From positions 31,806,001 to 31,870,000 of the forward strand of contig OZ116702.1 of assembly GCA_964199315.1 (NCBI GenBank): 64,000 nt of DNA, written 5' to 3'. The position numbers and the translations under genes were made by a program. Positions within the stretch are counted from its first letter, which is position 1, and each line of letters begins with the position of its first letter. Below the pieces are notes generated by a model. That model did not search any database and had not been told where the DNA came from. It worked only from the letters and a program-made list of their open reading frames with translations. The DNA is from Orbicella franksi (lineage: Eukaryota). Below, one piece after another: positions 55,301 through 64,000 of the stretch.

Positions 55301-56730
55301 GGCTTATCTTTTAACGCTACGCAAACCGTGACGTAGCTCCTTTGAATTTGAGTTGGGCAGAGTTAAAGGGGCGTCTTCTTGCTGCAAGTGATGTGTTTCA
55401 GAGCCTTAAGTAAAACCGTCAGAAAAACAAAACATACCTCCTTATATCCAAATTCCTTGTAATCCTTCCAGTTGGTTCCATCCTTACTGTGCTGAATGGA
55501 ATATGTTGCAACCCAGTTGGCTTCATCTATCTGTCCTTGAGTGGCAACACCGGATAATGTCATCTCCTTTCTCAGATCTATTTGTAGGTACTGGGATTTG
55601 TCTGATGTTCCTGCACACCAAGCCCCACCCATTGCTCCAGAGGGTCTGTTGTTCAGTCGGCCGTAAGCTGGTCTGAAACTCTTGCTTCGGTCATTTTTAA
55701 AGCTGGAGGCTGTGATTTGGCTGTCTGTAATAGAGCGGTCCTCCATTCCTAATGGTTGATGGCAAGCTGCCAAGATAGCATGAAAGGGTTATTAATTGGT
55801 TTAAGCGTGGCCGAGTGGTTAGGGTGCCGGACTTGAAATCGGGAGGTCGAGGGTTCAAGTCCTGCTCTGACCACTAAGTTGAAGTTGTTTCTTGGTAGAC
55901 CCTGGCTCAACTCCTCGGTCATGCTTGTAACTAGCCAACTGGCCTGCCTCCCACTAATTTGGATTTTTAAGCATATTATGGTTAGTTGATATATTTGTTT
56001 CTTTTAGTTTAAGTTGCATGTCTGTGTACTACCAGCTGTAGCTGAGTGCATTAACCGTTATAAACAACAACGTTTGATTTCTTGAATATTTGATTAGCCT
56101 GTGCGAGATACTGTGTTTTGAAGAACCATGTTTGTTATGCAAAAGAATGGCACTGTCTCTGCCGCTGAATTCAAGGGTAAAGGGTTCCTGTTGGGTCCTA
56201 TTTACACTGATCAAAAGCCACATGACAAATTACTCTCTTACTACACAATGTTTGGATGGATAAATCCATGGGATGGGATGGGAGGGAAGAGCAGGGGAGT
56301 GAAGGGGAGAGGGGAGGTGAGGAAAAGGGGAGGGGAAGGGATGGATGGATGAGACATCTTGTACAATATTTCGAGGTGTTGTGACAATTGTCTTACGTTT
56401 AATTCCCTCTTGTGGACAATACGTTTGATCCAACTCCACTCCTAACTTTCCATGAGGCCTACAACCTCCACAATATCCACCACACTCTGCAGACACTCGT
56501 GCACGGTCATCATTAATGTTCAGTATGTTCTTCATATCTGATGGAGTACCATAAGGTTCCCAGTAAACTTCTTCCTAGAACGAAAAAAGTAAGAAAAGGG
56601 CAAATTGATCTTCTGTTAACAAATTAACTATTAATGGGTGAATTCATATATCAATAGATGATCATTAATTAATTAATTGATTATTAATTATCAGTTATAA
56701 TTCAATAGCAAGTTAATATTAAATTGCTTG

Positions 56731-56775
<45 letters not shown>

Positions 56776-59700
56776 GGATTGATTGCCTGACTAATTGACT
56801 GATAAATTGATTATTTTCTTGATTGATGGATGGATTGATTTTTGACTGACAGATGTTAATATATTGATTGGTATCCTGATAACATTGCATCCTTGACTGG
56901 GCTGTTAACCCTGACACCTTCAAAATCACTTTCCATTCTCACAGACCAAACCCACCACTGTGAAAGACTAAGAAGATCCCAGAAGGGTATAATCTTGTCT
57001 TTAAACTCACCTTAAGGCGAAAACCGGTTCCTGTAAGATCAATTTTAAATTTTCCTTTCCGACAATTTTCTTTGCTGGCAGAATAGCAATCTCCTGCTTC
57101 ACCATATTTGATCTGTTTTCCAGAGCTTGTAGTGGAGTAATGGAAATCATTGGCTACTATAGTCATACTGTTGAGATCCAGGCGGACTTTAGAGAAGCTT
57201 GTTGATCCCGCCTCGGTGTATGTAGAGCCTCCTGAAAATAAATTTAAGGAGTTTAGCTTAACTAAATTGCAGTTTGAGACGAGTCGTTGCTATTATGAAG
57301 AACTAAGCTTATGTTAATCTAGTTATCGCCATTATCGTTAATTTAGTTCTTCCAGTAGAAACTGTTTCAATCTTGTAGGACAAAATGACAGAATTCTGTG
57401 ACAGCCTGAGATCGAACTCATGCAAAATTAATGATCGTTTCTTCTTTTCGGCGACCAGGGAAGGGCGCAAAAGTGAAGGGAAAAGTGAACTTAGGGAGCA
57501 AAAACATTGACAGGGGACACGTCGGTTTACGAGGAGGGTAGGGGAAGAGAAAAGGTTTGTTCCTTGTAGTGATGAACCTGGGTTATATCATACATAAAAA
57601 GCCTTAAAATTGCAAATGAATGCATAAAAACAAGAGTTTTCTCACCGTTGGCCTTATCACAACTGTCTTTCGATGCGGAAGGCTGTATGTAGTCGTGAAT
57701 GTAAGCAAAGTTTTCTTTCTGGACAGAAAAAAGTGTAATATATTCTTTGGGAGAGTCGGTGTTCATTCCTCGACAAAACAGTCGCACGTGAGTGTCGCAG
57801 TTAGCATTGATTTCCATGGAGTATTCTTTATCAATCTTTGACTTCTGAGACTCTTTGACCAAAGCACAACCACCTGTTAAAAAATAAAAATTACACTTGT
57901 GGAATTCAGATGCAGACGCGTTTTTTAAGCTTTTTACGATAATTTAATTCTTATTTCCTAACTATGTTAGTAGCTTGGATTCCGTGGTACCGTCCAGGCA
58001 ATTCCGCATTCCCTTCTTTTCAGTCTTCGACACTTACAACTTACTTATTTCTCGTTTAAACTGTTTTTGTTTGCATTTCAAAGTTAAAAGCCCGCCAAAA
58101 CTTTTCCGCGAAGAAATCTAGCATTCCTAATTTCTTTTATTTTTCACAGAAATATCACACCTTTTTCGCGCAGCGAAAAGCGATCTCTCCTAGGCCTAAA
58201 TCCCTCTCATTCATCCGTACTCTTTCCAGACCCTTTTTAGACTCGATTTGAGAGGGAGCCCGAGCTCTTTTCCCGGACAGCGGTAGGCAATCGAGCCTAG
58301 ACCTTTTCGGACACTGCGTGTTCCGAGCTCACGCAAATAACAGTGTGTTTCGCAAACTAACTCTGTTCTATCAATTGTGATGACAAAGCGGTAAGAATCA
58401 GTATAAAACACTTACGACAGAAGTCCCTTCGCTTAAGAGACGCGATATCCTTGCCACTGAGTTTTTCCGGCTTGTAACAAGTGCCTGTAAACTTGGATAG
58501 GTGGAGGCTAGCATTGTGAACACCGAGCAGTTTGCAGTCACAGGTCAACTGGTTTCCACTCAAGTAACTGGGGAAGAAAAGAAAACACTTCTTTGTCTAA
58601 AACTTAATACTCAAATGAACTGCGGTAGACTCGTATGAACTCAGAATGTGAATACAGTAATCGTGTCAACAATCACTGAAATAGTCTCATAAAGCTGTTG
58701 GGACTGGAGAATTTACGTGAGCCAAGCTATGAAGATTGGCTATGGAATCCCGGAAAAATTATTATACCACCGTACGAAGCTCACAAAAGGTGGTATGATA
58801 AAATACCTATTGACTGAGGGAGGGGCCGGGCGGGAACGTATTCGACGTTTGATCAGGACGCACACGTGTTGCCGCGCTCGGTCCGCACGTGTTAACCTGA
58901 AGCCGTCCGGCCCCCCCAGTCAGTCAATAAGCTCAAAGTATTCATGGTGCAAAGAAAACTAAACCTCCAAAGTGACTTTTTGAGTAGTGTGGTGATGTCT
59001 TAGGTCAACGCGCTCGGCAAGAGTTTTTACTTGTCTTCCGTTCGCTCTTTGAGTGTACAGAAGGCACATTACACCAGCCGTTATATATTTAAGCAATAGA
59101 GTACTTTTTCGTGTTTGCATGGCCTCATCTAAACACGAGGGGCGTTCGGAGAACTCGAAGACAGTTGTGTAAACCTGTGACACATAACCCTAACCCAGCC
59201 CCCAAAGTGTTTAAATGAGCCGGGCTATGTAAACACGGGAAAAGTACTCTATTGCTTTAATGGAATATTTCTCAAGAATGCGCGCGAATCTAAAACGTCA
59301 CAACTGTGTTTACATGCTCTCATCTAAGCACACCTATCGACCAATGAGAGCGCGCGTAGTATCTCAGTTATGTTATAAAATAAGGTGTCCTCAACACCAT
59401 AATCAAAACTCCACTTACAGTTCTTTCAGACCAGGCGTTTTCTGGATAATACTTGATGCTACTATCTTCAGACGATTGTTACGCAAGTCTCTGCAAAAAA
59501 AGCATCCTTGTTTGAACAAACCAGCTTGGATACCTCGTGGACAAACCCAGTTAGAAAGAAAACCCTAAACATTACTTTTTGCCCTGCATGACACATTTGA
59601 TCAGTGAAAATTGTATCCGTCAAGAGCGCGAAAATAGAAGATGCTTTACAAGAAGTGAGAAAGAGCTTTACGTGAAGACAGATAACGACTGCAAAGAAAA

Positions 59701-62700
59701 CCAGTTTGAGCGGCTTCTATACGGATACAAATATGAAGCACTGAACACTTCAGATTGACTCCTCGGTGACACCCTACCCTACCCTGGGTTACCCTACTCT
59801 ACCTTATCCTTCCCCACCATAATCTAGCAGCCTACCTTACCCTAGCCTATAGACACTAACTTGCTGTTCCCTAACTTACTCTGCCCTACCCTAACCAGGA
59901 GAGATACCTCTTGACCCTACCCAAAACAACCCTTCACTAATCTAACCCAGCTACCTTACCGCGCCCTACTCCGCCAATTTTACTACCACTTTCTGTCCGA
60001 AAATCCCCACACGAAGATCCGCGCACGTTATTTTGGAATTATAGTAGTTCTATTGTTTACTTATGGTCTTCCGGGGTCTCGACTGCTTTTTTTTCTGCAT
60101 TTAATAGTTTTAAAATCTCACCGGGGGTTAGTAAGATAAATTTCTTCCCAAGTTCATGATACACGGATAAGCAAATACACAAATCCCTAAGTTACTTAAC
60201 TGGCCATAATTGTCTTCGAAAGGCACAGATTTCATAACAAGCTTACAAATGATCAGATTACAACTAAAGCGAGAAAACCTTCCTGCAAAGATGACCCCAA
60301 TTGTGTGATTAAATCTCCACTTTGTGACTTGAATGGACTATTGTTTCACTTCGTTGTGTAAACCCAAGTATAAATACAGTTTCTTATTTCGTGACTGAAC
60401 GCATGTTATAATTAATCATTGAAGTATATTTTTTTCTTCGTCTCCTCTGCTTCAGTCTTTTTGTTTTGGCAGCAGAATATCCTCATGTCTGTGTCAGTGT
60501 TTCACAAAACATATACTGAGAGAACTTATGAGAACTGTTTGAAAACTAAAAAAAATAATTGGACCAAACTGCCTGTCGCGTGACACAAATTGTTGCGACT
60601 TCTCTTGTATTTACAACACATATGATAAGCTATTTCACCATTTCAACAGTTTTGTTTCTAAAGAAAACAACTTTCCAGAAACAATCATGGAAATAGTCGG
60701 TTAGCAAATCGTCCTCATACGTGATTGTCATCACGGCTGCGGTCGTAAAATTGACAAGTTCGTGGCATATTAACTAAATATTTATTTTGAAAACAAATTA
60801 GAAGCGAGAAAGGTGAAAAAAAGCGATTGCTTTCAAATTAGGCTGTTGTTGGTAACACAGGTACTGCTTTGGCGAAAATCGTGTGTATTAGATATGTTCA
60901 GCATGTGATTCTAAGCTCAGCATGCGGACAACACATGATAGATTAATGCAAATAAGCTCACATAACGGTCATGGTTAATACGCTAGAGGCACGCTATGTT
61001 TGAGGTAAATGTTTATTAATTCCAGTTTCAAACATGAAAATATCAGGGAATGACAATAGATTAGCAAGATAACAAAACTGAGAAACGATTGGAGAGTCGG
61101 CATGCTCTTCGCATAAACACTTACCTAGGTACAAATTAACAAACGTTATGTACAAGAAAATTAATTGCAAAGTTAATGACGCGTTGCTCTGAAATTGACT
61201 CAATTACACTGAAATGAAACTAATATGAAACAACAGATCACATGGTCGATGGAATAAATTTCAACCTCTACGCAGCTCTACGGATGGCATACGAAAATAA
61301 AGTTACAAACAACACGTATGACAAATACCATCAAACATATCGTATTCAATTTTGAAAATTCGTATAATACGACGGTTATGCGTCTTTTTTCCAGCGCAGA
61401 AAAATTTCTATATGAGGTAACAAGCCAAAACAAATTGCTTGAGACGAATTAAAGCGATCGAGAGAGAGAGAGAGACGCTAAACATCGTTGTTGTTTGTAA
61501 CTTAATTGCACTGGATCGTTTTGAACGTGATGTAAGAATAGTTTCAGTTGACAAGGTCAAACTCGCGATCTTGACCTCGGGAAAAATTAAATGAAGAGTT
61601 TAATTGCAACTGCAACGAACGCGCGTTAGTTACATTGTTAAAAATATTTCCCCAGAGCAGTATAACTAACGATATTTTTAAGGGCGCTAACTCGATAACA
61701 ACACGTCATTTTGTTTCCTAAGCGCTAATTTATGCAGTTCAGCAGAATTTAACAATTGGATGCTAAAGGTGTCAATGGAAATGTAAACCTCGTAAGCGAG
61801 AAAGGAAAACAATTTACAAAATGGTTCGTGAGCTGAAACGTGCCAACATGTTTAGGGAGGAAGACGGAAATTGAGCAGTTTTTTTTTTTTTTTTTTTTTT
61901 TTTTTTCGCTACATAGAAAACGTGAAATCGACACGCTGTTGACTTCGTTGTAGATTTCAATTGTAATATCCCTCGTGTATGTAACTTTCATACCACTGAA
62001 TAACAAAATAAATAATAAATACTAGCATCTTACGCTACCGATCGTAAAATGCGAATCCCCGCTGCCAAAGCTTCATATTTTAATTTGATAAAAGAAAGAA
62101 CATTTAAAGTCTCTTTCGATTTCGGAGAAATGCTGCTCACTTTCAAGCACAATATGCAAGTGTCGTATCTACGTCGTATTGTGTTCTCGAGTTTTTGTTG
62201 GTCTCTATTATTTTAGGTCGCTTTCTTGTCTTGACGTTTTCCCAGAGGAAGCTATCAAGCGTCTATTTAGTTTGAGATGCACGACATCGGCGAAAACATT
62301 ATGATCATTCATGTGTCTGAAGATCAAGTGAAGAACCATTCAAGATTACCTATCGAGGTAGTTAAATGTATATATTGTTAACGCGAACTGTGCGAAAATA
62401 TATTTGCCCCTCCATAGGCAACATCGCCTACAGTCGCAGTGCGATCTTGCTTCGTCTGGGCACGAACGAGATTAAAAAAAGATGAAATATTAAAAAGGAA
62501 TTGTAAATATTCGTTCACAACGCCTAACAATAATAAAAGTAAACTAAACGCGTGAAATATTCACGCACGATAATATTCACTTACAGATGAGTAGCGTCCG
62601 TTGGGATGTCGGGAGCGACTTCCAAATTGCCGAGTTTTCCTGAACAATCGACGATTTTCTTATAACTCGGCGATCCTGGGCTTCCTTGTGAAGAGCAAAG

Positions 62701-62778
62701 ACAATTTTTAGGACATTGAGCAAGAATTGTTGAAGGAGCCACGAAGAGAACTAGCCATAACAGTGGCGTAAACGCCAT
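37364..62778 (-). CDS. Adhesion G-protein-coupled receptor (GAIN/GPS-7TM), 37 exons, ~1972 aa, multidomain ectodomain
   Basis: Exons with consistent phases: 62585-62778, 59419-59490, 58416-58567, 57646-57873, 57011-57231, 56397-56574, 55438-55766, 54242-54392, 52891-53268, 52178-52468, 51521-51811, 51056-51316, 50515-50688, 49650-49805, 48768-48950, 48190-48309, 47722-47801, 47410-47589, 46864-46932, 46136-46265, 45641-45769, 45179-45260, 44980-45079, 44723-44772, 44215-44338, 43697-43788, 42973-43075, 42216-42369, 41794-41863, 41257-41323, 40733-40809, 39986-40115, 39850-39888, 39459-39545, 38824-39017, 38125-38470, 37364-37600. Total 5919 nt with an open frame throughout. GPS motif [22 protein letters not shown]; TM3 [23 protein letters not shown]; ECL2 WCWL. 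Confidence 0.9.
39850..43788 (-). CDS. aGPCR segment: family-B2-type seven-transmembrane domain
   Basis: Seven hydrophobic helices: [88 protein letters not shown]. Confidence 0.9.
40293..40636. mobile_element. TTAAAGGAGCT MITE copy (opposite orientation) interrupted by a ~120-bp insert (40441-40560)
   Basis: Family sequence stops after GGATGGAGAAGAT (40440) and resumes at ACGGATTACAAACGACG (40561). Confidence 0.72.
40993..41135. mobile_element. Short MITE (GGGACGGACCGTTATT / AATAACGGTCCGTCAC)
   Basis: ~16-bp inverted termini in an aGPCR intron. Confidence 0.7.
44215..47801 (-). CDS. aGPCR segment: GAIN domain with GPS
   Basis: [84 protein letters not shown]. Confidence 0.9.
48190..50688 (-). 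CDS. aGPCR segment: sushi - cbEGF - sushi - cbEGF
   Basis: 50515-50688 ([12 protein letters not shown]...C...GNW....PQC), 49650-49805 (DLDEC...[29 protein letters not shown]), 48768-48950 (sushi), 48190-48309 ([39 protein letters not shown]). Confidence 0.92.
49395..49626 (-). mobile_element. tRNA-derived SINE (same family as 34352-34600)
   Basis: Reverse complement of the same body (GGAGGGAGGAGAACCGGAGAACCCGGAGAAAAATCC..AGAACCAACAGCAAAC), with the B box at 49561-49572. Confidence 0.82.
50796..51036. mobile_element. Copy of TTAAAGGAGCT MITE family
   Basis: TTAAAGGAGCTACGTCACG ... CGTGACTGAGCTCAATTAA. Confidence 0.82.
51056..52468 (-). CDS. aGPCR segment: three I-set Ig domains (one exon each)
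   Basis: Exons 52178-52468, 51521-51811 and 51056-51316 each have the C-strand Trp, NGSL.I and D...Y.C.A.N/S motifs. Confidence 0.92.
52891..53268 (-). CDS. aGPCR segment: probable ricin-B / beta-trefoil lectin-like module
   Basis: Single 378-nt phase 1-1 exon with Cys-pair repeats ([39 protein letters not shown]) resembling beta-trefoil subdomains. Canonical QxW motifs are not evident. Confidence 0.6.
54242..55766 (-). CDS. aGPCR segment: F5/8 type C (discoidin) domain, 2 exons
   Basis: [21 protein letters not shown]...GAWCAG...QYLQIDL....GVATQG...[16 protein letters not shown] | [14 protein letters not shown]...ARFVRIRP...[10 protein letters not shown]. Confidence 0.92.
54559..55345. mobile_element. 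Nested element: TTAAAGGAGCT MITE interrupted by a 543-bp insert flanked by TTAA
   Basis: Host breaks at GAGAAGA-TTAA (54718-54721) and resumes TTAA-CACGGATTGCAAACGAC (55265-55268). The insert is a foldback (54722-54869) plus a TIR element TTAATCATAACAATTACAATTTCC..GGAAATTGTAATTGTTATGATTAA (54870-55268). Confidence 0.8.
55806..55990 (+). mobile_element. tRNA-derived SINE (second family)
   Basis: A box TGGCCGAGTGG (55808-55818), B box GGTTCAAGTCC (55852-55862), then a non-tRNA body (..CAACTCCTCGG..CTTGTAA.TAGCCAACTGG..TGCCTCC). Confidence 0.8.
56397..57873 (-). CDS. aGPCR segment: GON domain (ADAMTS9/ADAMTS20/GON-1 C-terminal type), 3 exons
   Basis: Motifs [53 protein letters not shown]...[18 protein letters not shown] and [14 protein letters not shown] follow the GON consensus as I recall it (C.GM....P.EY.TL; G.T.F.K.R.D; .G.AGDCYS...C..G.F.I.L.GTG; ..G.CGG.CG.C.P). 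Confidence 0.88.
56705..56880. repeat. (GATT)n microsatellite with degenerate flanks
   Basis: About 10 perfect GATT units at 56733-56773, between GON exons 2 and 3. Confidence 0.9.
58416..62778 (-). CDS. aGPCR segment: signal peptide + LRRNT + LRR + LRRCT (exons 1-3)
   Basis: [42 protein letters not shown] | [24 protein letters not shown] | [34 protein letters not shown]. The 72-nt phase-2 LRR exon is at 59419-59490. Confidence 0.88.
59765..59990. repeat. Degenerate (CCCTA/CCTTA)n pentamer tract
   Basis: Repeated ACCCT/ACCTT/CCTAA pentamers with strong C/G strand bias. Confidence 0.7.
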
Positions 62779-63660
62779 GTTTGTTTGCAGCGATCACAGG
62801 TTTCAGTAATCGTATGCAAATGAATTCATACAAACATTCGCCAGCGCGAGTGTGATATTTTCACGAACGTTCCAAACACAGGACCAAATCGACTTCGGAA
62901 TCTGCGAAATAAATTCTTGCGGGCTTAATTCAAGTGATCTCAACGGTTATTACTGTCACGTCGAGATGTAAAGGAGACGAGACAAGAATCTGAGTCAAGA
63001 ATCTACTGCATTGAGCGTGACTTGACGCTTCGTATGTAACGCAACGGTCAATCGATCCCGACCATTACCGTCCCCTTTACAGCCCTCTCCCATTACCGAC
63101 AACAAAAGGCGTGCACAGCCGAGATAAACTGGTGTCTAGCCGCAAGTAACAACCAATATGTATTACTGTGAGCCACTACCTTGACCGTGTTAGGCAGGAC
63201 GCGTTGATCCCTCAATCAAAGTTCTCCAGTGAAGCGAAAACAAGCACCTGACATTTCCTTGTGACAGGCACGGTTTTGCCGGTGAGAGGAGACTCCCATT
63301 TAAAAAGGACGGGGGTGATCGTCGGAAATTTTGAAAAGAACCCCTAAGAGGACCAAGATCTTAGCAGCAAAAGCACGTGACCGGTGCCAATCGCGGGAAA
63401 TATCGATATCACGTTTTGGCTTTCACTTTGCTCTTGATTCCCAAACATTTCTAAATCTCGACAAATTAACAATCACGCTGATTGGGTATAGAAAGTAACA
63501 TGGATTTCTATAAGTTACTAGTTACACATGCGTATCATGTGAAATTTCTGTCAAAGAAATGTGAGGCGAATCAGTCCTTATACAGTGGTCCATCATAACA
63601 CAGTACTTTATTTGGATTTCAACAACAAGGACTCGTGAAACTCAAATTAAAACAAAAAAA

Positions 63661-64000
63661 TCCCCGGGGGTACTCCCCGAAAAATTGGGTGGGGTAAGTA
63701 AAGGTGTGCGGCCCACTCCCAGAAATCCTTTCCCTATTTATGACCAAAATCTACGATTTTCCCTACCTTTTTATGACCTGACCAAAAATTCGATACCCAG
63801 TTATGACCGTTGCAGCTGGCACAGTTGCCCTTAACATAATTTATGATAAGATTCATGGGCTTCTAGCTAGCTCCTGAGAGGTTTTGTTAATGGTCAGTTA
63901 TCGATGATGATTAAAAAGTACCTTCTAAAAAACATACCGAATTCAAGACTAGAGTGCAGAAACCATAGCTCTGTTTATGACCACAACGGCGGAAAAATCA
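63661..64000. mobile_element. Second copy (opposite orientation, runs off window end) of the CCCGGGGGTACTC MITE
   Basis: TATGACCAAAAT..GATTTTCCCTACC, GACCTGACCAAAAATT, TGCAGCTGGCACAGTTGCCC and CTAGAGTGCAGAAACCATA are reverse complements of motifs in 12195-12595. Confidence 0.72.

Noticed and set aside
55806-55880. tRNA gene (Ser-like anticodon arm, A and B boxes)
   Set aside because: No acceptor-stem pairing, and it continues into a SINE body; called a SINE head instead.

Overview
AT-rich, intron-rich eukaryotic (animal) genomic DNA. The gene set and repeat landscape suggest a cnidarian, most likely a stony coral; this is inference, with no database check. I reconstructed five protein-coding genes by hand from splice sites and reading frames, all on the minus strand. 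(1) The 5' part of a fibrillar collagen (621-9440, continuing off the left edge) whose helical exon sizes (45,54,54,54,108,45) match the vertebrate COL1A1/COL1A2 pattern. (2) SEC61G. (3) An Mnx/HB9 homeobox gene. (4) A Rough homeobox gene. (5) A 37-exon, ~1972-aa adhesion GPCR (37364-62778) with an ectodomain order I do not recognise from any described receptor: signal peptide - minimal LRR - GON - F5/8C - ricin-B-like - Ig x3 - sushi - cbEGF - sushi - cbEGF - GAIN/GPS - 7TM - ~290-aa tail. Introns and intergenic DNA carry tRNA-derived SINEs, many MITEs (some nested at the same site), a hAT deletion derivative with a CGGBP-type zinc-finger remnant, a ~107-bp tandem repeat and microsatellites. 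The best candidates for novelty are the GON-domain adhesion GPCR and the tight collagen-SEC61G-Mnx-Rough linkage. No prokaryotic, CRISPR, rRNA or true tRNA features are supported.
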